This document shows positions 1 to 7,642 of a stretch of DNA of 11,707 bases, in pieces. This stretch comes from Selaginella moellendorffii (taxonomy: Eukaryota > Plantae > Lycopodiophyta). Within the stretch, counting starts at the first letter, position 1. Each line of letters starts with the position of its first letter. The notes beneath the pieces were generated by a model that searched no databases, had not been told where the DNA came from, and saw only the letters and a program-made list of their open reading frames with translations. The position numbers and the translations under genes were made by a program. The stretch lies in the NCBI RefSeq assembly GCF_000143415.4, contig NW_003314273.1:410252-421958 (forward strand), in the 5' to 3' direction.

Positions 1-804
1 TAGAAAAGAATTGAGCATTGCAACCCAAGTCTTCCAATAGCAAATTTAGACAAAATGGTATAACGCTTCACCGCTATCCATCCCACAACTCATTATTTAT
101 AAGACCATCATTTCCAATATGCACCAAGATAGGGACTCTTGATTGCATACCATGAACACAAGCAATGAGTCACACCTTGTTGCAAATCATCTCTCTAAAA
201 GAGAAGATGATTTATGTGCTTGATCCTTCGTCCCTGCGGACTCTTTTTTCGGTTTCATTTTTTACTACACCTCAAGCTTGTTTTCGCACTGTCTTTAGTC
301 CAATCCAAGAAAAGTTTATGAAAGAGCACAGCAATAACTACTTGAATCAATAGACTAATCCCTACAGTCTTGATTGATCCACTTGTAGTCTTGCCTAGAA
401 AGGATTTATTAGTGCCATGCTAAATACCTACGGACCAACCTATTTGCCACTCATAACAAACCCAGAGAAGGTTTGCTTAAACTCATGGTACATGGAACAA
501 CTCATGGAACCACCGATAAGCTAATATTAATCTTGCCAACTCAAAGTGTAAACCTTGAGTTGCTAATGTGCCTCACTCACGAGCCCAAGCTCAAACTCGT
601 GCAACCGGAACAACTCAAATCCATCTTATGAGCCCAAGAGCAAGCTCACATAATAAGGTACAACAAGGTAACCAAGTCTATACCAAGAATAATTGCAAAG
701 CCTTTGCACCCAAACATGTACCCACTCGGATCATCATTTTCATCTCTGTGTATGCAATGAGATTAGTTGCCCAATCTCATTGGATAGTACTCGCCGAGAC
801 TCAT

Positions 805-816
805 CCTCTAATACCA
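805..816 (-). promoter_or_regulatory. Primer binding site (tRNA-iMet type)
   Basis: Minus strand TGGTATTAGAGG versus canonical TGGTATCAGAGC (10 of the first 11 nt match), 2 nt from an LTR-like TTACA end. Confidence 0.75.
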
Positions 817-841
817 AATGTAACGCACGTAGTTTTAACCC

Positions 842-870
842 TTATCCTATGGTGATTTACCATAGGATAA
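842..870. repeat. Perfect 12-bp inverted repeat (hairpin) in the LTR
   Basis: TTATCCTATGGT (842-853), loop GATTT, ACCATAGGATAA (859-870). Confidence 0.95.
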
Positions 871-895
871 CACCACGAAGCGAAACCTAAACCCT

Positions 896-938
896 CTTTG
901 TGCCACGTGACAGATGCCACGTGTCACATGCCACAAAG
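896..938. repeat. Imperfect inverted repeat built from 14-bp units carrying two G-boxes
   Basis: CTTTGTGCCACGTGACA (896-912) matches the reverse complement of 922-938 at 15/17. Tandem units TGCCACGTGACAGA / TGCCACGTGTCACA / TGCCACA. CACGTG at 904-909 and 918-923. Confidence 0.85.
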
Positions 939-1344
939 GTTCAAGGCCTTGGGCCACTGAACGAAGGAACAATGCCAAACTCCTAAATGTGGAGCCAAAG
1001 AGTGATGGAACCGGACCACAGTGCAACTTCTGAGCATACAGCCTAAAGAGCGAAAGGATAGAAGCCAAAGTGACTTGGAATAGTCCTAAAGCAACCAACA
1101 TCCCTATGCCAAGACCAACATGCAAAACGGAGTCAAATGATGTTTGGTGCTATTTCAACATACTGGTGGCCTAACGCGAGGATATGGGTATTCTACCAAC
1201 TAGCATGGTATGGAACTTGGGCTTAGACATAAGCCGGATGTAGAACAAAGATAAGCACGCAAACAAGAACTAGATTATGCCTCAAGTTGGTTGGCTATGC
1301 CCAACCTACCCACTATCAGGAACACACGCTTTGTGCTTTCACCC

Positions 1345-1390
1345 TTGTATCAAGTGTTGTATCAATTATCAAGTATTGTATCAAGTGTTG
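1345..1390. repeat. Short stuttered tandem repeat (TTGTATCAAGTG-like units)
   Basis: ttgtatcaagtg ttgtatcaat tatcaagta ttgtatcaagtgttg. Confidence 0.85.
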
Positions 1391-1456
1391 TGGCAAATTA
1401 GATTCCAAATTTATGATCATCACCAATTTATGTCATCATTGTGGTGAACTTGGATA
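1375..1456 (+). repeat. 82-bp direct repeat, copy 1 (copy 2 at 2131-2212)
   Basis: 81/82 identical by eye; the single difference is aaatta versus aagtta. Includes the first half of a gag zinc knuckle (CHHCGELG, 1431-1454). Confidence 0.95.
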
Positions 1457-1902
1457 ATTAAGGATATATTACATTTTCACAAGTGTTTATCATCCTCAAA
1501 TGAATGATTTGGTGAAATAGCTAATTGGACCTTTAAAAAGATGATCACAATGTATAAGAATTTTTAATATTGAGATTAGGATTGTTATTTTTCATGTCTT
1601 TAATATGTGTATATCATAGGGGTATAGGGTGTTTTACCATATAAAGTATTATATATGGTCATGATATAACATTACCAATAGAGTTGAGTTTACTTTTAAA
1701 ATTGCTATAAGTTGCTAGGACCTGGGATTAATATTTGATTACCATTCTTGCACTATTGTAAACTTTTGAATTTGGATTATCCGGGAGGTCACCACCCAAC
1801 CCAATATTATTTAAACCCAAGGACACTTAACCCCAAATATCCCAAGACCCTTAACTGATTAGAAAAGGGGATGCACTCTTTTTCATGGGCCTTTTCCTTT
1901 TA

Positions 1903-2403
1903 TATTTGAACCTCTATGGATCATCTCTCAAGTCGTTCTTTTTGGTTACTTATAACTACTTGGAGCGAAGTTTGTTAAACATTTCTACCGCATATAAATG
2001 AGACAATAGCAATGTTACAATTCTCATTATTATCCATATCTGAAGTATAAAGTGGATGATTGGTATTTGTTTATTTTTCCAAATTTATAGTATATAATTT
2101 ACCTAAAGGGCTCTTTGCTTAGTAGAAAGGATTGTATCAAGTGTTGTGGCAAGTTAGATTCCAAATTTATGATCATCACCAATTTATGTCATCATTGTGG
2201 TGAACTTGGATATTATAAAATTGATTATTCACAATTGAAGAATAAGTAATAAAGAAAAAAGAATAGTTAATCTTTTATTAGCATTAAGTTGAATACTAAA
2301 AAGTTGCAAAATTTGCAAAGTAAAGATGACAAAAAAGACTATTCTGATTAAAGGAAGAGACTTTTAATCACTATTTGATAACTCAACTATATGTAGAATA
2401 ATT
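1903..2403 (+). mobile_element. Highly degenerate Ty3/Gypsy gag-protease relic
   Basis: Motifs occur in the expected order across frameshifts. YLNLYGSSLKSFFL (1903-1944) resembles FxLxGxAxxWF. ITTWSEVC*TFL (from 1952) resembles the retrotransposon gag ITTWxxLxxxFL. CHHCGELGYYKIDYSQLKNK (2187-2246) is CX2CX4HX4C with H>Y and C>Y, each one transition away. TILIKGRDF*SLFDNSTICRII (2338-2403) has the spacing of the aspartic protease motif ...LFDSGA. Confidence 0.7.
2131..2212 (+). repeat. 82-bp direct repeat, copy 2 (in its native gag context)
   Basis: Matches 1375-1456. Only this copy continues into the rest of the zinc knuckle. Confidence 0.95.
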
Positions 2404-2589
2404 AAAGGAACCTCAAGAGAAGGCATAACATAGTTTATGCAAGGTTAAACATCTTTGTCTTTGTTATTTAGTGCTGGGTCATAACAGTGTATTATTTAAA
2501 GTTGTTGAAGTTGGGAAGCTAGACAACTTGCATCCCTCATAAAGCATTGTTTGTAATACATAAAAATACTGTTCTTCTTTATTCAGAAT

Positions 2590-3150
2590 TCAAGATTGCT
2601 CCTTTAGTGGGATATGGCTGAAATCAAATATCTCCTTGAGACCGAAAATAAGTTTCTCTGCATCTTGATCTCCATCTGATGACGATTCTTCCACCATATA
2701 AGCAATAGCATCATCCCTAATATTGTCCTTGAACTCCACATGCTCTCCATCACTAAAAACAGCTTCTCCTCCTTCCTCTGAACCACCTGAGCTTGACGAT
2801 GAACTCAGAATGGACTCATAAGATGTTGTATCTAAAAAAGAACAAATAAAAAGTTTTGTGTTTGCTAAATTCAATGTCATACAACAGTTTCAAAAAGCAA
2901 ATTGGTGGCAGAAGTATGTGTGCTTGGTAACAAGATGCAGCTCAACAGCAAACATGACCAAAATTTACTTGCATTTTCCTGCATGATGTAAAGCATAAGC
3001 TTTAAGGAGAATGATAGAGAGCACTTACCTTGTGAATTCAATGTTCTTGAAGTTTTGTCATGTCAGGAAGTTTGCATGTTAAGAATGGCACATCTAGGGT
3101 AAGCATCTTAACATTCACCAACAAAGAAAGCACATAAAGACTGTACTTAC
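2590..3150 (-). pseudogene. Spliced gene relic ending in an acidic/Ser-rich terminal exon (2831-2590); product unknown
   Basis: Minus-strand donors GTAAGT at 3150 and 3028 and GTAAAT at 2968. Acceptors at 3107 or 3094, 2979 (TGCAG) and 2832 (poly-T TAG). The terminal exon is open: TTSYESILSSSSSSGGSEEGGEAVFSDGEHVEFKDNIRDD...KEQS*. The exon ending at 3029 has a stop in every frame. Confidence 0.5.
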
Positions 3151-3183
3151 TATAGCTACCATCTCGTTTCTTTGTTTTCTTCT

Positions 3184-3390
3184 GGAAAGTTTACTGAGGT
3201 CAGATGGTATCCAGTAGCTGGTTTGATGAGCACTCTCAAGCTGGAAGCATTAGAAACCAGCTCCAGGGACTTGTTCCAGACTCAAGTCTAGATATTGAGA
3301 GATGGGAATGTGTAAACATCTTCTGGGATGCAGCCTGTGAGCTGGTTCCAGCGTGCCTGAGTTTCAAGAGCCAGGGCGCTGCCTAAGTCA
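3184..3390 (-). pseudogene. Degenerate plant-type extracellular LRR fragment (LRR-RLK/RLP-like)
   Basis: Minus-strand translation across frameshifts: WNQLTGCIPEDVYTFPSL (from 3350) / YLDLS / WN..SNASSLRVL / SNQL / IPSDLSKLS (3210-3184). This matches the plant LRR consensus LxxLxxLDLSxNxLxGxIPxxL. Confidence 0.8.
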
Positions 3391-3476
3391 CTGCCGAGAA
3401 ATGTAAACGAACGCATTAAAGTGAAATACATTAAGTAAGGGTTAGGGCATTAAAGGCATTTTGCAAAGGGCAAGCT

Positions 3477-5222
3477 ATGGCGCGAACAGAGCAGGAGCGC
3501 AGTGGATGCGTCACAGGTTTGTGGTCTCTCTTTCGACCAAAAAAGGCGCACAAGGGCGACAACAAGGTCCACCCGGAAGCCATGGACGCGGCGGCCTCGA
3601 AGCTGAAGGTCCAAGATCGTGTCTGTGAGGCCGTCTCGGGAGAAGCCATGGACGCCGCCGCCTTGAAGTTGAAGGAACTCAGGCACGAGGTGAAAATCGT
3701 CTTAGAAGCGATACGACAGGAGCGAGGGCACAAGGAGCCGATCAAGCCGATCAAGCCGGAACAAGAGAAGGAGGACGAAGAGGAGAATCAAGAGAAGAAA
3801 GCGGAGCAGCTGAAGGAAGAGAAGAAAGCCGAGCAGGTGAACGAGGAGGAGAAAGAAGCCGATCAGATGAAGCCGATGAAGCTGGAAGAAGAGGAGGAAA
3901 AGGAAGCCGAGAAGCAGCTGAAGGAGGAGGAGCAAGAGAAGAAAGCTGAGCAGCTGAGCGAGGAGGAGCAGGAGAAAGAAGCCCATGAGACGAAGGAACT
4001 CAGGCGCGAGGTGAAACAGGAGCAAGGTCACAAGGAGCAGCCGCAGCTGGAACGAGAGGAGAAGAATCAGCCGAATCAGCCGATCAAGCCGATCAAGCCG
4101 ATGAAGCAAGAGCAGGAACAGGAGGAGGAGCAGCGGATGAAGCCGATGAAGCAGCAGCTGGAACAAGAGGAGGAGCAGATGATCAAGCCGATCAAGCAGC
4201 AGCTGGAACAAGAGGAGGAGCAGATGATCAAGCCGATCAAGCAGCCTCTGGAACGGGAAGACGATCAAGAGAAGATGAAGCAGCAGGAGAATGACAAGCC
4301 CAAGCAGGAGGAGCAGCGACCCAAGCCAATTCTACTGCCAGCCGGGGGTCGTCGTCCAGGTATGGTTCCTTTTGCTTCTCTCATTCTTCTTCTACTGTGA
4401 CTCACGATGGCCTTCTGGACTTGCAGGTTCCAGGCCGAAGATGGTTCGCTTCTCTTCCTCAGCGGAGGACATTCTTCCCGACAGCACCCGACGGCGGAGT
4501 GAAACCCATCTTAGCGATGGCCGAGGGGGCTATGTTGAGTTCGCGTATCTCGAAGCTTTCCACAAGGCAAACCGGTGGCTAAACCAGAGGGGAAAAACCG
4601 AGAAGAAGATCTGCAGCTTGGAAGAGGAAAAGCGCGAGGAAACAGAAGAGGAGAAGCACGAGGAAAAGTCTTGGAGTGTTAGCGCGCTCCGGATTCTGAT
4701 CAGACTCACCGAGCAGCTTTACGAGGAGCTCAACGGCAAATCCAGCGACCGAGAGAGGATCAAGCGAGCGCGGAAGATGATGAGGCTCCAGAAAATGCTG
4801 GATAGGATCCCGAGTGAGAGGAAACCGTGGAAGAAGCTTCAGTCCGGCGAGGTGGTCTTCGTGAAGGAGGCAAAAGAACTATATGATCGTGCGGGGAGAG
4901 ATTTTGTTGCCGAATTCAAGAGGAGACAGGTAAGTTTGATATACCTTCCAGATTCCAGATGGCCGTTTGCTAATAACTTCTGTGTTTGTTGTAGAGAGCT
5001 GAAGTGAACGATGAGTGTTTGTTTTGTCGGAACCATGATGGCCAGAAGATGATCGGCCGGGCTGGAGCGAACTCTAAGACGACCAGACCCTGGGTTTACC
5101 TGAGAAGAGAACACGAGCAAACTGTTCTAAGCACGTCGAAGAAACGAGAAATGAAGTTGGCTCCGAGCTCGAGAAGTTGGCTGCAAGGATTGGTCAACTG
5201 GAGGCCAGTGCTCGGACTCTAG
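3477..5222 (+). CDS. Putative 3-exon orphan gene, join(3477..4359,4427..4929,4995..5222), about 537 aa; E/Q/K-rich repetitive, probably coiled-coil or disordered N-half plus a helical C-half; function unknown
   Basis: Two canonical GT-AG introns (phase 1 and phase 0) fuse ORFs 3477..4400, 4291..5007 and 5004..5222 in frame with no stops: 883+503+228=1614 nt=538 codons including TAG. The hydrophobic tails of the first two unspliced ORFs are read-through into pyrimidine-rich introns. Exon 3 is the least certain. Confidence 0.75.
3576..3675 (+). repeat. Coding direct repeat, EAMDAAA(S/L)KLK x2
   Basis: 34-nt copies at 3576-3609 and 3642-3675, 66 nt apart. Confidence 0.9.
4092..4271 (+). repeat. 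Coding minisatellite, four 45-nt units
   Basis: IKPMKQEQEQEEEQR / MKPMKQQLEQEEEQM / IKPIKQQLEQEEEQM / IKPIKQPLEREDDQE, starting at 4092, 4137, 4182 and 4227. Confidence 0.9.
4360..4426 (+). other. Intron 1 (67 nt, phase 1)
   Basis: CAG|GTATGG...pyrimidine-rich...TTGCAG|GT; preserves the frame. Confidence 0.85.
4930..4994 (+). other. Intron 2 (65 nt, phase 0)
   Basis: CAG|GTAAGT...GCTAAT branch-like...TGTTTGTTGTAG|AG; preserves the frame. Confidence 0.85.
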
Positions 5223-7640
5223 CATCGGAGAAGCCAACTCTCAAGAGTCAAATCCAGAAGTTGGATCTCCAAGCAAGTTGAGCAGCACAGGAGGAGGCCA
5301 CTAAAGCTATAGACCAGTTAAGTCGAGAGAAGATCGACCTTCTCGAGGACTCGACTCCAAAGATTTGCAACTGTCCAAGACGTGAAAGCAGTGCGTGACA
5401 ACCGTGTCTCAGGGCTCCAGGCGGAGAAGTCCATCACACTTCAGGCGTCTAAACAGGCCAGCGACCAGCCTCCACACTCTTCTAAGTCAAGAGAAGATCA
5501 ATGGATCAAGTTTGACTACACTCTACAGTGTCTGGAGCTAGGAGGGATCTATCTTATCAGCTTTCCAGTCGACGGAGATGAGACAGGAGATACTGCTGCG
5601 GTATAATGTTCACAGCTTGAAGGAATAGTAGCAAGGGAACGACTGCAACGAGATGGTGATAGCGAGAATATGATATAGCTGAAGCTGCTCGTGACGGTGG
5701 GGGTATTCGGATTCACAGAGAGGGCTGCAGAGACTATAAGACAGACTACACTCGACGTTCTCTGTCATCTGGTAGAGCTCTCTAGTTGATGGAGACTTTG
5801 AAAACGGGTCAGGGCTGTCCAGGAATGCTCGTACAGCTGCTCGGATGAAAGTATCAGCAAAGAACTCAGTGTCAGATTGCTTCAAGGGAAATCAAATCCA
5901 AAAGTTGGAGCGGGAAAACTCGGAGCTGTGGCCAAATATCCAAGCAAGTCGAGCACCACAGTAGCAGGTCACTAAAGCGTCAAGTCTGAGCTAAAGACCA
6001 GTCTCCACACTCTAAGTCGAGGGAAGATCAACGACTGGAATTGAAAGTTTCGGAAGATGGTGGCCGAGATGGAGAGTCGAAAGTGGTGGTTGACGAGGCT
6101 CCAGGCAGAGCAGTCGGCTGGAAGTGCAGCAGAGTCCATCAAACTTCCGCATCTAAACCGCCTCCATACTCTTCTAAGTCAAGAGAGGATCAATGGATCA
6201 AGTTGGGCTACACTCTACAGTGTCTGGAGCAAGGACGAATCTATCTTATCGGCTTTCCAGTGGATGGAGATGATTCAGGAGCGCCTGCTGCGGTAAGGCT
6301 GTCCATGATAGTAGCGAGGAACGACGTAAACCAGTGTCAGATGGCTGCAAGATGGCGAAAAGACGATATAGCTGAAGCTGCTCGTGACTGGGGTTTCGGA
6401 TGGCTGTGGAGACTATAAGACAGACTACGCTAGACGTTCTCTGTCATCTGGTGGAATGAGGGAAGTGTTCGGACAGGAGTTCTTGAAGGAGAAGCCCCAG
6501 GGGATAATGGCTGACGGAGTCGAATCCGCTGCACGAGGTGGAGCTCTCGGCGAGAGCACGTGATGGCGGAGTTTGGAAGCGCAAAGGCGAGGCTGGAGAA
6601 GCAAGTAACTGGCAGCTGATGGAGAGGATCACGGGACTTGAGGCGCTGGAGGAGAGAGCGACGTGCCAGATGCACAGCAAAGCTTTGGGCGAGGAGCTCT
6701 GAAGGATGAAGAAGACAAGCCGAGGAGAACCGATGTGAGAGCACATGGAGCGCCGCGCTCCAGAGGTTTGACGGATCAGATGGACGCTACATGCGACAAG
6801 AAGGAGCATCTGCTTCGCAGGAAGCTGTGTTTTTGCATGCTTCCGCTCAAGCTTCTCAGCACGATCAAGGCCTGAAGTGGCGGAAGCATTCCCTAACTGC
6901 CAGAGGTTCTAAGCATGTCGAAGAAACGAGAATGGAAGTTCAAGAAGTAACCAGCTCTCGAGAGTCAAATACAGAACAGAGGTGCAAGCCAAGTACTGAC
7001 AGCTCGAGCAGCGCAGGGAAGCAGTAGCAAGCCTCCAAAGCGCCAGAGACCAGTCTCCACACTTCTAAGTCAAGAGAAGATCAACCTCTTCGAGGAGATA
7101 TCCTCCCTCGACTCCAAAGTTTCGGAGATATCTTGATCAATCGGGAGATAGCAGATAATTTTGTCAAGATCTGGGCTTCTCAAGCGGAGCTCGCCGAGAC
7201 AGTGGCCGAGATCGGAGCAGTCCGAGTGGAGAAGAGTCCATCAAACGTTGGCGTGAGAACAGCGAGATGAAGGAGAAGATGAGATGCCAAGACGGATCAA
7301 AGACAAAGCTCTCTAGTTGACGGAAATGGGACGAGAGCTTCAATGCTGTCCAGTATCACTCTTACAGGTGCTTGGATGATAGAAGATGATGATGGCAAGA
7401 TGATCTCGAACTCGAAGAAACTGCTTGTGGCGGCGGAGCCAGAGGTTCGGCTTCACAAAGACTGAAAAACGGCTGATGTTCGCCCCTGACATGCGGAGAC
7501 TACAAGAGCTGGAGCGAACTCTAAGACGAAGCAACAGTCATAAAGACAGAAGATCGGACGAGTTTCATGGAACGTGGAAGCTGGTGCAAAGCGATTCAGA
7601 GGTTCAATGGCCACCTTTACAATCAAGAAATGTGGACTGA
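5061..7640 (+). pseudogene. Mosaic of degenerate, duplicated fragments of a long coiled-coil protein gene
   Basis: Heptad-like peptides broken by stops and frameshifts: SKHVEETRNEVGSELEKLAARIGQLEASARTLASEKPTLKSQIQKLD (from 5126), LSQEKINLFEEISSLDSKVSEI (~7065-7130), AELAETVAEIGAVRVEK, MRRLQELERTLRR (~7491-7529). The region is GC- and purine-rich like coding DNA but has no long ORF. Confidence 0.65.
5413..6452 (+). repeat. Diverged tandem duplication: 5413-5773 versus 6097-6452
   Basis: Shared blocks include ctacactctacagtgtctggagc, atctatcttatc, gatatagctgaagctgctcgtgac, gagactataagacagactac and gacgttctctgtcatctggt. The upstream parts (~5243-5340 versus ~5891-6031) are also related, giving a unit of roughly 650-690 bp. 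A third partial copy lies at ~6906-7250. Confidence 0.9.
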
Positions 7641-7642
7641 GG

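Larger units (their letters stand above)
1..1344 (-). mobile_element. LTR retrotransposon fragment: internal leader region (1-804), PBS (805-816) and truncated 5' LTR (819-~1344)
   Basis: The minus strand reads ...CGTGCGTTACA-TT-TGGTATTAGAGG: an LTR end in CA, a 2-nt spacer, then a match to the plant tRNA-iMet PBS. On the plus strand the LTR terminus is TGTAACGC at 819, a form common in Gypsy elements; the superfamily is not proven. The far LTR end is not identifiable, so 1344 marks where base composition shifts and filler-like repeats begin. No gag ORF is visible in 1-804. Confidence 0.7.

Noticed and set aside
165-1125. Short ORFs 165..353, 568..855, 693..890 and 847..1125
   Set aside because: They lie in or across the retroelement leader/LTR, mostly lack ATG starts, and show no recognisable motifs.
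1375-2212. 82-bp direct repeats as the LTRs of a TRIM
   Set aside because: There are no TG...CA termini or unique PBS, and the repeat is gag zinc-knuckle coding sequence.
2474-2545. Possible Copia protease WVIDS / WxLD motifs
   Set aside because: They need several assumed indels; the Gypsy-type LFD motif at 2338-2403 fits the upstream gag better.
3702-4268. 188-aa Leu-rich minus-strand ORF resembling a membrane protein
   Set aside because: It is the antisense shadow of the GAG/CAG/AAG-rich repeat exon.
4092-4271. Regular repeats as a CRISPR array
   Set aside because: These are contiguous in-frame coding repeats without unique spacers, in a eukaryotic context.
4360-4400. Hydrophobic C-terminal tail MVPFASLILLLL (apparent tail anchor or GPI signal)
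   Set aside because: It is read-through into pyrimidine-rich intron 1 and would be real only if the intron is retained.
5502-5540. WIKFDYTLQCLEL resembling the LAZY/NGR C-terminal motif WIKTDxxYxVLEL
   Set aside because: It is not at a C-terminus, and the second copy lacks the D and the final L; likely coincidence.
6361-6400. DIAEAARDWGFG resembling the 2OG-Fe(II) dioxygenase N-terminal WGFF motif
   Set aside because: The duplicate copy reads ARDGGGI, so WGF arises from a small indel; no other dioxygenase motifs are present.
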